Shown here piece by piece: positions 11,137-26,174 of a stretch of 64,000 bases of DNA. Each line of letters opens with the position of its first letter. Position 1 is the first letter of the stretch. Location of the stretch: NCBI GenBank assembly GCA_031835245.2, contig JAVKOQ020000028.1, positions 248,001-312,000 of the forward strand. The letters run 5' to 3'. This stretch comes from Balamuthia mandrillaris. Taxonomy: Eukaryota. The translations under genes were made by a program, and so were the position numbers. The notes beneath the pieces were generated by a model. The model was given only the letters and a program-made list of their open reading frames with translations. It was not told the origin of the DNA and did no database searches.

Positions 11137-14100
11137 AAACCCTTGCTAACAGCGACGCTCAAAATGTGGTCATAATGGCCAGACAAAAAGGAGAAGAGGC
11201 TGATACGCATGGTGGCACCTTTGCCTCCTATCCTTTCCATGTTTTTGTCCCTCTTCAGCTTCCACACTTTTATAATACTGGAGGTCCCTCCGGTCACCAA
11301 GTACTGTCCAGCCGGAGCGGTCATCGCAGCGCACAGTACGTCCTCATCGTGCATCGTCTTCAATACTAACAACACTTTCTTCTGCTCCAACGAACAGATT
11401 CGGAGGTTTTGATCCCAATGATTCCAAGAGACGAAGCGTGTTGCATTGGGGAAGAGCAACCGGTCCGGAGGAAGAGCTAATGGTTGGTCTCCTCCGGAGC
11501 CAACAAACGCCAGGCTTGCAATAGGGTGAGGATAAACATGTACCACAGATTGGGTCCAAGACTTGAGATAAATGAATGAATCCTCTGACGATGCAAAGGA
11601 AGACGATGGAGAAGAAGAGGAAGGATAAAGGGTAAGCGAAGAAGAAGGAACGAGGAGAAAGGAGGAAGAGCGTTCGGCATGAGGTCGTTTGAAGAGCTGT
11701 CGCGGTGTCTGTCCGTAGCTGCTTATCTGAGCGATGGTTGCTCGCTTACGCACCGGATCATCGATAAGGTCAACATCAACCGCTCCCTCATAGGTCAGCG
11801 GGTGAAAGAGGTTATGAGCTCTCCTTGCCCCCTCCCCCGACTGCAAATGACCAAACATCAAGTCGATCCACTGATGTAATCTCTCCGAGACATAACGGCA
11901 CTCCAATGCCTCTCGATGCTTCTGAATAAAGAGACGAGGACTGCCTTTGGCCCACGGAGGCAGCATTACATCGTCCACTCTCCATCCGTTCTGTTTGACT
12001 CCCATGTCAAAGTCGTTGCTGTTCAGCAGAAAATCGGGAAGATAGAAGAACTCTGGAATGAGCTCCTTGACGTCGCTGCTGGAAAGTCGAGAGGAGAGCA
12101 GCCAAGTAGACTCCAAGCTGTGGAAGGAACGATCCGGTACATCAAAGTTTCCTCCTTGAAACTCGACAAACGCTTTGCTGAAGGGGTTCATGCGCACGAG
12201 ATAATAGAGCACGGAACCAATGTTGGAATAGTGGGAGCCGTAGTAGTAGGGTTTCTCCCCCATTTCCAGCACCATTTGGTACTTTTCGACGAACTTTTGG
12301 AGGCGGGCTGGGTCTTGTGCTCCCATCGGCTTGGAGAGGTCTCGGAAGGTTTCTGGGTTCGTTAAATCTAGTTCGTCACTGTTCGTTTTTATTGTTAGAA
12401 TAGAAGCGAAGACTGGAAGAGAAGAAAGATGACAGAAGAAGAAACGAGGAAAGCGAGGGCGCAAGAGAGAAAAAGAGAGATGCTTACCTAGTATAATCTT
12501 TCAGGAGGAAAGGAAAGATGGGATACTGAGTAAGGTCATTGAAAGATCTTCCAGCCAACGTGTTGAGGTGCATTAAGTACTCAAAGTTGCTGATCAACCC
12601 TCTCTTCCACTTGTCCGTGATGCTGCTTCTGAGAAGATTGCCAGAGACTTCGCTCTCGTAGTCAACTCTATTTGGCAAATCCATCGACAACAGTTTGTCG
12701 TAGATGTTATCTCTTTCCGCTGTCTCGGCAAACGCCAACAAATGAGTTCTTCCCGTGGTTAGAAAGATTTCCAAAGCAGTGTTCTTCAGGAGGTAACGCC
12801 GTTTGTGGATCTCTTTGATGTCTTCATATAGCCACACGATAGACTTGTTGGTGTTTCCAGCCGTTCTTTTACATTGTTTCTGTTTTGTCTTCTTCGTTGA
12901 TGATAACTCTTCATCTTGATCCCTAACAACTCCTTTCTTCCAACTTCCTCTTGCTTGTTGTCGTTCCTCTTCTGCTTCTCCTCTTTTTTCTGATTCTTCT
13001 CCGTCTTGCTTCTCCAAAGAGAGTTTCTTTTGTTGTTGCTGAAGTTGTCGTTTGCGTTTTTCTTTCCGACGACGACGGTGTGTCTCAGGAGAAGAAGTAC
13101 TAAGAGTGGAGGAAGGTTGGCTCATGTCGAAGAAATACGCTTTGCTGTCGCTCAGAAGAATATCTCCTTCTCTTGTGGAGAAGGGAGTGATGCATTGACA
13201 ACGAGCTGCCAACAATATCTTTTCTCCCGGTTTTAGGACGACGTGAAACTCGTTGTGGTTCGCGTCGTTACCTCTGCCTTCGTAGAGCTTTCCTATTTCC
13301 AAAGCGCTTACTCGACGTACTTTCATCAACTCATCTTTTTGGATTGTGGTAAACAAACAAGAAAGAAAAAAATTAGTCTCTTTGTCTGAAAGAAGAACAA
13401 AAAAGAAACAGAACAGGAAAAGTACCAGATGTCAATAAGCCATTTCGGTTGGACACAGCTCGAACCAAACTCGGTTTCAACCTTATCCTCATCCTGTTCA
13501 TTCCCTCCGTTGGGTCCAACTTCCACCAGACCGAAAGCTGCTTCTTTCTCTTCTTCTCTTCTACGATTTCCACTCCTTCTTCCACTTTGTTACAGTCTGA
13601 TGAATTCGTATACAAATCCAAAGGCCAAACTGCTCTTTCGTGAGTTGCACACTTCACTATTCTCTTCCATTTTTGCTGCAAACTCTTCTCATGTTGATTC
13701 TTTCTGGTCAAGTACTGCAAATGGGCTTTAGTGTGATGTTGCTGCAAGGAAATGACAGTGTTGGTCAAAGCTGCTGTGCTGCTTTCCAACCGTTGTCTTT
13801 GCTTTTGATGACGAACATTGCGACGAGCTCTCGTTTCTTGACGATGCATCCGCCAAACGTTTTTGGCGTTGTTCTCTTTGTCTTGAATACGCCGAATGCA
13901 GTGAGAGAGCTCTTCCATTTTAAGCATGTAGTTCCAACGATGAAAAGTAGGGGAAGTACTTTGGTCCTGTTGTTCCTCGCCTTTGCGTTCTTCTTCAGGC
14001 AGTCGTTCATCCAACAAAAAGTCTTGAATGCACATATCCGATTGATAAATCTCAAACGTATCCGATTGTTCTTCCATATCTCCAGAATTGTTATGTTTAT

Positions 14101-17100
14101 CACTTCCTCCTCCTCCTCCTCCAAGCAAGAACCAAGATGAACTTTGTTTTCTTCGATTACTTCCGTTATTGTTGTTATTGGTGTTAATGGATTCTCCGCG
14201 TTTCCCGCTTAAAAGTTTGTCGTTTTCCAATAACATTGCAGCAAGCGGTGAGTGCTGTTGTGCTTCTTTGTTGTTGGAACGGGAGTCAGCGTTATTGTTG
14301 AGTTTGTCTTTGACGTAGATGATTTCGCGAAGCCAACGCGGTCGTAGACGTTGAAGTATCTCCCTCCATATTTCTCTACAGGTTTCTATTACTTGTCGTT
14401 GAGACGCTGTCACCAAACTATCAGACGAGTCAAGCGCGACATCTTCGTTGTAGGATATCATCATGAGCGAAGAGTGATAGAGAAAGCTGACAATCAGCTC
14501 CTTGAGAGAAAGATCGCTTTTCTTGTACGAAGACGTAACAGCAGAAGGAGATGATGAGGAGGAGGGAGGAGAAAAGAGAGATGATGATGACGATGACGCA
14601 ATAGTGAGAGAACTCATAGAAAGAGCTGCGGCGTCGCAAGAAATTATGAAAAGGATTTGGTGTAATGCTAAAAGGCGGATTTGGGCGAACTTGGCATGAT
14701 GCGAAGAGGTCAACAGGAATAACAAGAATCGATAATACTGAACTTGCAATGGACTCTCCGGTCCAAAAACTGCGGTGAGAATAAATACGCATGCAGTATA
14801 AGCAATCAAGAATACAAAGATAGAAGCGAAAATAACACAAAAAAAAAAGAACCTTGACTATAGAGTGGAGATTCTTTGGCAATGCGAGATCGGGTTAATG
14901 CAATTAAGTCGAACAACAAGCCAATGAACTTCTCTTCAGAAGGAAATAGCGGTTCGTGTAACCAAGGCCTTTTTCAAACAATAAAATTAATAAAAGTAAT
15001 AATTGAAAACCGAGAGAGGAGATTCGTTAAAAACGAAAGAAAAGAGAGAAACAAAGTTAAAGTTAGTACCTCAGTTCATCTTCATCAACACGTACGACTT
15101 CTTCTTCTTCTTCATGGTCGCTATCCTCTCCGCGAGCCGTATTGGCAGCACCACCGCTGCTATCTCGTGATTGCTGTTGGTATGATCGAGATGGCAGTCC
15201 ATCCAATGTCGTGCTACCATTGGAATCGAGTTGTTCTTCGCCCCACATAACGCAGTTAAGAGCAAGAATGAAGAGCTCCTCAAACGCGTGGCAGAGAGCA
15301 GTATTCTTTGTGAAGTCGTTATCATGGAAGAAGGACAATACGTCCGAGAGGAACTTTCGCTTCAACGCGCTGCAATATTGGATAGGTACATCCTTCAACA
15401 TGTCGAAATTCTGAGAGAATTCGACAAGAACAAATAAGACGGCAACGTAATAAAAAATAAAGAAGAAAAAAAGTAACAAGAGAACAACGATACATACCAA
15501 CAAAACTTCATCAACGATCTTTGTAGCGCTTCCCAATGCAGACGAGATACAGCCATACAAAGCAATGGCCTTCAAAAACTGCAACAAATCTTCTTCCATC
15601 TCCCAATTGACTTGCAACAAGAAACGTGGACCATTTTCTTTGCTCTTTTTCTTTGAACTATCGTTTGCTCTATCACCTTTCGCTTCTTCCTCTTCTTCGT
15701 CCCCAACATCGGCTTCAACTGTTTGCTGTTGGCTTTGTTTTCTTTTCCATAAATCAACTTTTGTTTTCGTCAAACAAACGAAACAAAGATGAAGTTTGTT
15801 CCGCATTTCGACTGCAAAGATGTCGCAGAGAAGCTCCAACAAAGAGTTCGACAAGAACAAGTCCTTGATGTCATCGTTTCGTAAGAAGATGTCATGGATG
15901 GTCTTAATGCACGAGTGTTGCAACTTCTTTTTGCGAAGCACGTTCCTTCTTCGTTGTTGATGCTTCGTGAACGCTCCTTGAAGCACAGGCTTGTAATCAC
16001 AATCGATCACTATAATTCTCTCTTCTTCGCGAGCATTGCGTTCATCTTCGCTTATCGTTGCAGATGGTTTCGAAAAAACAGAATGAAGAAGAACTTGTTC
16101 TTTGCTGTAGTGAGCGCTATCCATCATTTGAAGCGGGTCAAGTTGAGCGAGTTCTTCTTCTTGACTTTCTCCCAGAGCAGCGACGAGAATGAGGATGGTA
16201 GTGATCATGGAAGGATGCTGCAAGACCATGTCATCATCCATCTGACCCAAGAAATTGCGAACGTCTGTTCCACCATCTGTCGAATACTCTTCACTCCACG
16301 CTTCATCATCTCCCTCTTTCTTTCCTTTGTTATCCTCCGCTGTGCAGTTCTTCACCAATGGTTGTTTCTTTTCTGTGTCTTCACTTGATGCCTGTTGTTT
16401 GTGCTGCTTTTTAGCAGAAGAAGAAGAAGAAGAAGAAGAAGAACAAGAAGAAGTGTTGGTAGAAGTTGTTGGAATCGCCTTGCCCAACAACATGCAAAAC
16501 AAAAGTGCCATCAACTCGGTCGATATCTCCCAGTTCTTCAACACATGCCCCAACATGAGGAAGCCCTTCATCCTCTCAAACTTGGTACAGATGGAGGAGT
16601 GCTTGAGGTAGAGGTCCAATATTTTGAGTAGCACTGTGCGAGTGGCCAAATCGGAATGTTGCAGCAGAGCAAACCACATGTCTAGAGAGCAGACACGATA
16701 GAAGGAACCGATCACTAAAGGCGAGAAGCTGTGCATTCCCAACAAATCTTTGTGTGTTTATATGTTTCAGATTTCGAATAAAAATAAACAACGGAAAAAG
16801 AATCAAGTATACGTACGGAACAGCATTTCAAGAACGTGTATTCGAATAGGCTTGCCCAATGTCGTTGTCACCTCGCCACTCGTTGTTGTAGAAGACGCTT
16901 GTTGCTGTGAGCCCTCTTCTTTCGTCGTTGTCACCTCGCCACTCGTTGTAGAAGAGCGAAGCTTCGATACAGGAATGACAATGGAATAAGCAGTTTTCCT
17001 TCGCGAACGAGCAGCAGAATACGGTCGCCTAGTTGCAGCCTTTGCAGGAGAGGGGTGAGTTGTCACGAGATAGCTCATAAGCAGTTGGAAGTCTTGAATG

Positions 17101-17734
17101 GAAGGTGGGTCCTGCATCACTGCCCTCAGAATGCGAATTAAGCAGGGAGCAAGTACAGAAGGTAATAATTGTTGTTCGCCCTTCTCTTCATTCTCGAACA
17201 TACGTATGAGAAACTGGATGACGCGAGCTCTTCTGAACTGAAGAATGTTGAAGGCAGCGTGTTCATGGGTGGTGACTAAACGACTGAGACTCTCGAAGAG
17301 CATTTGTTGGACGGAGAGAGGAGCTCTCTTCCAGATATTTCTGTTGAGGATGAGCTCTTGAAAAGCTCTTAGATTGGAAATAATTCCTTCACAATAGTAA
17401 TAGTTGGATGATGAAGATGTAGGAGCGTTGTTGGTCGGAGAAAGTGTTTGTTGCAACACACCTTTTTGCTCTGCTCGTTGGTGATGTTGGGGAAGCGGAT
17501 TTTGTGGAAGTTGAGGTTGTGGTAGTTGTGTTGTTGGGTGGCTTTTTTCTTCAGGTGGTGAAGAAGGGGAACGAAGAACTCCGCTGCTGATAAGGTCTCT
17601 CATTTTAAGAATGATAGACTGCCTCTTTTGTGACTGGAAAGCAAAATAGAAAACAAATGAGCAAGAGCGGTGGAGGGGGGAGGGAGAGAGTGCGTGCGTG
17701 CGTGTGAGTGCAAAAGAGAGCAAGAGCGAGGGGG

Positions 17735-17771
<37 letters not shown>

Positions 17772-19686
17772 CGGGATACGTTAAGGGCCTCTGCCTTGTC
17801 TCTATGCTCATAATGATCTGCTGGCAACGCAGCTTCAGCAACAGAAGAAGAGGCGGTATTAGTTGATAGTTGTTGATGTTGTGGTTGTTGTCGATGGTTG
17901 TGATTGCTATGAAGTTTGGACTTGGATAGACCGGAAAGATTGAACAATAGGCCGAGCATGGGTTCATCCAACACCCAACGATGCTTCCGCATGATGCGGG
18001 CCAGCAGAGCATAACCGTTCAGGTCCGACATTTCCTTTGTGCCTCTTGCGTTGTTTACTAACAGCGCATGCAGCAACCTCACTCCAAGCCGTTGTTTCAT
18101 CGCGAGCGACGTCTTGTCTTTCTTCTCTTCTTCTTCGCCACGCATTTTTCTTGTGGTACCATCAGTTTCGTCGTTATCGTTGTTGAGTTTGGAGAGAAAC
18201 CAAAGTACGTTGGCCAATCCACCCATATTCCAAAAGAGGTCTTGTGCAGCTTCACGTTTGTGACGCTTTACAAAGGCATTGCTCTTGCAGAGAAGAGGTG
18301 CTAGGGTGGGTGCCAATGAAGACGATAAGGTTTGGTGCTTGTATGGTGTTGGTCTTGGCGAGTTGAGATTATCATTCAGTAATGACAAACGATCGCCACC
18401 TCCAACGGTGTAAGGATTGCCAGAGAACAAACTTCCATTCGAAGATGAATAAGGAGACGAAGGAGAAATGGTAGCATTTGTGGACAGAGTAGTGTTGTCC
18501 AAAGTGGAAGCGACAGTTGTAGAAGGCGAAAAGAAAGGGGCAGCTTCGAAAGAAGCAAGTCTTGTGTGTGAATTCGCTGTAGTCATCATCGTCAAAGAAG
18601 ACGATGACGAAGCAGAAGCAGGCGACGAAGAAGCGGAAGATGATGGTCTGTTCAATGAAGCAGTTCCTGATACGGCACCAGTAGTGGTCGCAACAGGGAT
18701 ACGAGAGCCGTCCACACGGAAAGACTGCGCCATGACCGTGTTGCGTGCTGAGAACAAGAACAAAAGACTTTCTCTGGCATTCATCAGTTCGTCAGGCAAG
18801 AAATGGCTGAAAGCAGAAGGGTCTTCCCACATCGCTAAATTATTGTTGTGCTTAGAGTTGCTGGTATCATTGTTATTGCTCTTCTTGTCTAATTCAGACA
18901 GTTGAAGAAGTGAGTGATCCGTCTTTTGCTTCATTTGCTCGTTTGTAACGTCAGTTGTCATCGAAGATAAAGAATACGGAGATGGTAGGGGATGTGGTTC
19001 GATGCTAGAAAAGAGTCGCCATACAAAGTGCTCTCCGAAAGCTCTGATCGTCTTTTGGTTGACGGTCTCATAAACTTTGAACGCGGAGTTGTCCATGAGA
19101 TCCAAGTTGCCGCTGTAATTGGCGCCCAACATGTACAGCAACAAAGCTTCTGTTTGGGTGAGCGCCTCTTCGAACAAATAAAGATTTCCCAACGACCATG
19201 ATGGAGGAGGCATGGACGAAAATGATGAAGATACGAATGACGAGGACGAAGGAGAAGAAAGGGAAAGATCAACAGCAGCACTGTTTTTACGATGAACGTT
19301 CTGCATGGGAGCAATTGACGGATGAAAGTCGGAATAAGTTCTACCTAGTTCGAAGTTGCTGAGACTTCTCCGTCGTTTGGTGGCGGCGATAGAAGAGGTT
19401 TGACGGACCATTTTACTCTCTGAAGTGAACGTTTGGGTGCGCATGGCTTGAACGCTTCCAGAGGAGGAAGTTAACTCTTCAATGCTTGAGTTGTCAATGG
19501 AAGAAGGAGGAGAAGGGGTGGCAGAAGAAGTGGAAGGTGTTGAGAAGCGAGGATCAGCGCCGATAATGGCGCTGATGTTGCACATTACAGAGCGAGGGTA
19601 GGGCAACATCCCTGATGCACGTGTGACGCCATCCACTATCAACTGGGCTACATTCAAGTTCTTGTGCTTGTGTCAATAAACGACAG

Positions 19687-19736
<50 letters not shown>

Positions 19737-22700
19737 ACGAGAGTTGGTTAATGAAGGCGGGGAAAACTTGCAAGAGAAGCAGATGAACGGGCATAATCTG
19801 AACAAGAGAGAGGTTAACATACCTTGGCAGTAGAACGCGTGTAATGAGTTACAACCACATGATACCATCGATCCGTGCCAAACCTAAACCCATCAAAGCT
19901 AAACGAATGCCTCGGACTCGCGTTCAACGTTATGACGCCTTTCGTGTTGATGCACAGCGAAATGTCAGCATATTTGCTGTTGGTGGAAGATTGGAACGAA
20001 ATGATGGGAATGGTATCATCCTGTGGTTCTCCTTTGTTGTAGTGGTTGTGACTTCCTCCAAAATTGTTGATCTTAAACCAAAAGGCAATAGCATAGCCAC
20101 TAATTGGTGGCCATTGGACTTTGATTTCCAAAGTAGGGAGAGTGATATTGGCTTTGCGAGCGTCCATCAATTCCAAAAAGTGAGTTGGAACGTTGACTCG
20201 TTGCAACAACTCTTCCGCCATATCCTCTTTCCAAAAATTGGGTTGATATTCAGTTTCGTCGTTGTGCTCTTCTTCGGAGTGAATGGCAAAAGAAGGAGGA
20301 GCTTGATTGGAGGAAGAAAAGAGAAACGTGGAAGTGCCTGGAAACTCGATAGAAGATGAAGATGAAGAAGCTAGAAGCGGGAGATGAGGGTCATAAAAGT
20401 AAGGATTGGAGTTATCTCTAAGAATGACATGAGCCAACGTTTGGAGCAACTTCGCAGGGAACGGCTTCGCGTCTTGCATCAGAGCGAGGTACTTCCTCAT
20501 TGCTTGAAGAGAGATGTGATAGCTGCCGAGTTGCTGGATGAAGCGAAGAATAGTGTTCTGAAGGAACAAGAAAGCAGAGAGCGAAGCATACTCTTCCTCT
20601 TCTTGTTGCTGTTCTTCTTTCTTTGTTTTCTGCGGATGATAAGAAAGAGGCGATGGTACCAGGACAAACTTGAAGTGGTCAATAACGGTGGTAACAAGTC
20701 CAGTCTGCGCGAATTTGCATTGATTGATGGGAAGACGCGCCAAAAAGATCAACTTGCTGATAACACATGAAATACTGTTGTAGACTGCTTCTTTGTCGTT
20801 CGAGATTGAAGAAGGGTAAGACAGGTCTAAAACTTGTTGCTGCGATAACGTGGCTTCCAACAACCGAATTATGATCGCTATCATTTCTGGGTTCTCAACA
20901 ATCAGTTGGTTACGACAGAGAGTGCAGTCCAAGACAAGCTTTTCCGTTTTAGCGGAGGCCTCCGCGACGTCAACTAATGGGTCGGAAGAAATTGAAGCAG
21001 GGGTATCTGATGTTGGAAACGAAGAAGAAACATATTGCTGAGAACAGGAAGAAGATGAAATGTTCATCATCGACAATCTGCGCGTAACTTCATTGGAAAG
21101 TGCTGATTTGTTTTCTCCATCTAGCTCTTTTTCCACCTCTATCTCTGGTCTCATTTCTGTTTCTACTTCAGCTTCCGTTACCTCTTCTCCTTCGTCAGTA
21201 GTTGTTGAGTCGGGAGATACAGGACTCAACGGACGCGATTCATTTCCTTCCTCTGTCTCGCTTTCGCTTAGAGGTCGTTCACGTTCTTCTTCCGCTTCCT
21301 CCCTCTTCATCGCCGTGGTAGTAGAGTGCTTCCTTTTCGCTGGTTCAGTGTTGTTGTCGTCGTTGTTGGAATGATAGAAAGAATACGGAAAAGGATGAGG
21401 AAAGCAAGAACGGTCATGGCTGTGAGCATCGCAAGTAGGTGGCCACGAGCCTTTTACAGCCATGTTGAGCAACGCATCGCAAAGCTCAACAATCACACGA
21501 GCAGGAGCAAGTGAAGAAGAAGCAGAACAAGAAGAAGTACTTGTCTCTTGTTGAGGAGGAGAAAGAAGAAACCCGCTGTGACATGATTGTAAGGCGTTAG
21601 CTAAGACCTCGAAGCCAATGTCATTCCGCAGGTAGGCTTGGTTGTTCGCGTTGGCAGTGAGTACTGTAGCAAGTGTATTGAGCAGCATCATCAAAAACGA
21701 GAAAGCTTCCTCTTTTTGTTCTGTGTCATTGCTGCCGTTGAATGTAGCAGTTGGAAAAGGAGTAGAAGAGCTGTCACGTTCCCTTTGCACTTTAGCTTCT
21801 GCGGTTTCCTCGTGCGGTTGAACAAGCGTTGTTGTTGAAGCTGCAGAAGAAGAAGGGGAGGAAGAAAGAGATATTCCAATCGCGTTCAAGACAGCAAACG
21901 CCCAAACGAAGCCGCCATGAACCCTAAACGCGTCCTTCAGTCGTTGGTTGTGGCGGAACATGTAACAGAGAGCAGAGAGCACGTCCCTTCGCATTAGCAA
22001 CACCGACTTGTCCAGCGAGGAAGTGCCTCCCATAATGCCTCCAGAGGTTTGTAAGTACTGCAGCACGTCACGAACAATACCACCACCGATGTCAGTGACG
22101 CTTTGACGAGCTAAGCTATCTCTTCTTTCCATTTCTTCCTTTTTTTGGGCTTTTGCTGATGACGATTTCGAACTGGGCTTTGTTTTCGACCGAGGTGATC
22201 TGCTTTTGGTATTTTCTGTTGAGGAAGAGGAGGCAGGATGATATTGTTCCCCATCCAGCAGATAGGCCAACAAATCTTCTTCATGATCTTCTTCCTCTCC
22301 AAAATGATCGTGTGTCTCTGTAGTCGAAGAAGCAGCAGCAGAAGAAGAAGAAGAAGAAGAAGGAGATACGATGGTTGATGGTTTGTTGCATGCACCAGTG
22401 ATGGCATTGACGGCGATAATTCGCAAAGCGGGACCTCGTAACACGTCGTCCACAAGAAGAGAATAAAGCTCAGCCATGCCATAACTCGCTCGAAAGGCTT
22501 TCTGGTTTGAAGGACTGTCCAACAAAAATTCGAACAGCAGTCGAAGCATGCGTGTGCAAAGTCCATAGAGGATGGTCCATATCTCTTGTTCTCTGTCTCT
22601 GTTTTTTTGTTGTTGTTCGTGTTGTGGATCCGCTCGTTTGGTAGTAGGCATGTTTGTGTCGAGTTGAGTTGAACCGCAACGCGAATGACCTCTTCTCTCT

Positions 22701-25700
22701 CGATCTCTATCTCTCGACGTACGCCGCCAATGTTTCTTATCCTTCTTTTCTGCTTTGCTGACTTCCGCTTCACCGTTGTTAAGATTGGAACGGTTGTTGC
22801 TACGAACGAGCATTCTATAGGCAGCTTTCCGCTCTTCTGAATTCTTTCGAAGAATAGCAATGAGACCATTCATGTTCTGTGGAAGTGTGAGATATTCCAC
22901 CAATATAGAAATGAGTCCTGCTTTTCTCAGAGCCGCTTTTGGGATTGTTTTGGCTTGGATGAGCTTCATGAGGTGAGAGCAGACCAAAAGCAAGCTACTT
23001 GGCTTCTTCTCTTTCTTTAGTTGTAGGAGCAGACAGTAGTATCGCAGCTCTTCTGGAAGCAACGGCGTTCTTCTCTTCTTCCTTCTTCCTGCAACAAAAG
23101 GTTGTTTGTTCGTAGTATTCGCCGCAGTTGCTATGTTTCTTCTATCTGTGGTTGATTGGTTCCATGCTTCCTTCGCTTCTTCCTCTTCACCATCGCCATC
23201 ATCATCTTCTTCTTCCTCCTCCTCTTCTTCTGTTGCTTCTCCTTCATCTGCTGTTGTTTTGTCGTAGATGTTTATACTTTCCGAAGGAGTAGATAGCAGC
23301 TGATCCATCAAGTCTAACACTTTGACTTGATTCTTCCTTTCCAACAAGTCAAACTGAAGAAACAGTCCTTTGAGTGGTAAATACTTGCTCCGAAGCAAAG
23401 CATAACCATTGAGTATGCCTCTCATTGACGACGTTTCATCAAAAGAAGTGGGAGGAAGAAGGAGGGCGTCGTTATAAAAATGAGTGGTTGTTTGCCCTTT
23501 GGGTACAAAGAGACGAAGTGTGAGAAGAGTGTGAATGGTGGAGAGAAGGCTACTCTTCATATCTTTGGAGTGACACTGCGCGAAAGCGGTTAACAGTACT
23601 CTAAAACATTCCAAGCTGCGGTGATCTACCGCTGCCACCTCCATCTCGGCTCCAGTTTCGTTGGCTATCCTTCTTCTCTCTCCGCTTTCACTTTCGGGTA
23701 ATGAGAAGCTTCTTGCTTGATGCTGAGAGCTGGAAGTGAGAGAAGATTCGACTTCAGCTGCTTGAGAAGAATAGAAGCCAGAAAAGAGCCTAGAAAAAAG
23801 AGAACTTCTACGAGCAGAGTTGGAGGAGGATGCTTGAATGAGTGTCCTTTGTTGTTGTTCCGTAACAGCTCTGGAGGCACGGTCCCCTTCTCGTTTGCTG
23901 TTCTTCTCCAACTCAACACTTCTTCTTCTTTGCCGTTGTTGAATAAATTGTGAGCGGTGAGAATCTTTTAGTTCTCCTTCATTTTCTTCCTCCTCCTCAT
24001 CGCTGTAGTCTTCGTCATCTCGATTCTTCATGCTGTTGTTCTTTGTAGCTGTCGTGGTTGTGAACAACAGTTGACAAATCAAACGAATAAATTGCGCCTT
24101 CTCCTCTTTGGTTCCTGCTTTGCCCACTACCACCAAATTATGGCTTAGCACTTGATATCCTCCAAACGTAATAAAATCGTCAAACAACTTTTGTCCTCCG
24201 CCACGCAGTGAGGCTTGTCGTAACAGACAGACCAAAGTCTGACAAAGCTCTAGTCTCAATGTTGGGGATATAAGAGCAGCGTCATGCTTCCATAAGTTGT
24301 TGAGAACGAGAGGCAGGACTTGCTCCTCGTGAAGCTTCTCCATACCACGCCTGCTGTGACAAGCCACGCTGAGCAGCTTTGCCACTGTTCTTACCATCTG
24401 CCTATGCACCACGAACACGCCAAAGGGATCACGCTCCAAAGCGCTGGCCACACCGGTGGATGCTCCCATTGCCAATGTTGGGAGGTTGATTACGATTTCT
24501 TCTCCGTTGTGACGAGAGGGGAGAACGATGTTGTTGGTATTGCTAGAAGACGTAGAAGGAGTGGAGGAAGAAGAGGAAGATGCTAGTGCTTGTGAAGGTG
24601 TTCGTTCAGAGGAGCCCATTTCGACGATAAGGTCAGAGGTATAAGGTATCAATCGAGAGGCTCGATTGGAATGTCTTGATGCTGTGGAGATGATAATGGT
24701 GAGAGAAAAGCGTATGAGCAAAGGATAATTTTTTTAAAAAAAAAAAACACGATGAGACAGAGAGGCATTAAAAATACAGTACTTTTGGGAGAAATAGGAA
24801 CAGAGGGAGAAGCACGAAGGTGTTTGTGTACGGCAGGTCCAATGCTGAACATATCCAACAATAGTTTGAGCTTATTTCGTCCCACTAGCTCATAAAACGT
24901 TTCGGGGTGACAGCAAAGCTGCTCTAAAGAGGCGAGAATATGATAGCATAAACTGCCTATGATCGAGTTGAGAGAATGAAGTGAAGAGGGAACGGAGGAA
25001 GGAACGGAGGAATAAGAGGAAACAGATGATAGCGTCATAGGAACAACAGCGATGGAAGCGTCCAACTCCCCTCGAGGAGAAAGAAGAGGCGAAGAGTTCA
25101 GCGAAGTCGAAGCAGAAGTAGAAGCAGAGGAAGAGGATGAAGCAAAAGGGAAGAGAGAAGATAGATGAGAAGGAAGAGCGTCCTCAACGGAAAAGTACTT
25201 TTGGTCGCTGATGGGAAGGAATTGGTATTTGCAGAAAGCAGAGATGTGAGGGCAGGACGTCTGTCCTTTCTTGAACGTGAGTTGGCTGGGAGGCAGCGAC
25301 AGAATGTTGGCCAGCACTGCTATCAACGTTGGCGCCAGTTCAGCGACAAGAACCGTGTTGGAGCGCTGTTGGCGGACAAATATTTAAAATAAAAAACAGT
25401 TAACGTAGAGCAGAAAAAGAACAAGAAAAGCTCGACCAAAGAACGATTAAAGCAGGAAGATACAGCGCTCCGCGACGGAACAAAAAAACTTACTTGTCTA
25501 GTAAGAATCTCAACGCCCCACAACAGGTAGAGCCCTTCGCCGTTGGCAGAGAAGCCACCAAGGTACTCAAAGAGAGCTAACGCAGGTGGCACTGGAGGTC
25601 CACCACTAGTTTGTTTGCTGCCGTTACCCGAAGCTGAAGCGGGAGACGAAACAGCGGCACTTGGAGAAGAGCAAGAGCTAGTGAGAGAAGCAAAAGTGTC

Positions 25701-26174
25701 GAGCAGCTGCCACACCAGCTTCTTTGTGAGCTCCGTTGTATCACCGTAACTTAAAAAGAGAGTGAGTGGGTGAGTGAGTGAGTGAGAGAGAGAGAGAGAG
25801 AGAGAGAGGAGATGAGGGAGGGAGGGAGAACCATCGCTCGATGTGTTCAGGAGAAGAGTCTTCAAAGGTTTCGATGAAACGGATCAGGAACTGTAGTAAA
25901 ATGTCGTGCTTTTCCTGTACATTATTTATGTTTCGTTCGTTGAGTTTGTAGTTGCAACGGCCAACAAGAGAGGAAGAGGGAAGAACGAACCTGAAGGTTG
26001 ATGCTAGCTCTGTGCCGCTCCCACAAGCCCTTGAGCTGCCCCACTGCCTCACTTCTGTTCTCCCCAACGCACAACCAAGTAGAAAGAGCTGTGAATAACC
26101 CTTCAAAAAAAAAAAGAAAAAGAAGATGATGAAAGGCTCACAGGTTCATACCTTTCCTCACTGTTCATCATCAT
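9889..26174 (-). CDS. Large BEACH-domain protein, LYST/LvsB-like (ARM-like, ConA/LamG, PH-BEACH, WD40; multi-exon)
   Basis: BEACH motifs ISNFEYLMHLNTLAGRSFNDLTQYPIFP, FRDLSKPMGAQ, YGSHYSN, DVKELIPEFFY, LPPWAKGSPRLFIQKHREALE and YGQTPRQLF. PH-like HKRRYLLKNTALEIF, DUF1088-like WKLDPTEG, ConA-like WPPISGYAIAFWF and C-terminal WD repeats. Start at 26174 is inferred from splice phases (MMMNSEER-SEAVGQLKGLWER) and is less certain. Confidence 0.9.

Noticed and set aside
16860..16956. ~33-nt direct repeat
   Set aside because: A local coding duplication (SSTTTSGEVTTT twice) in a disordered loop of the BEACH protein.
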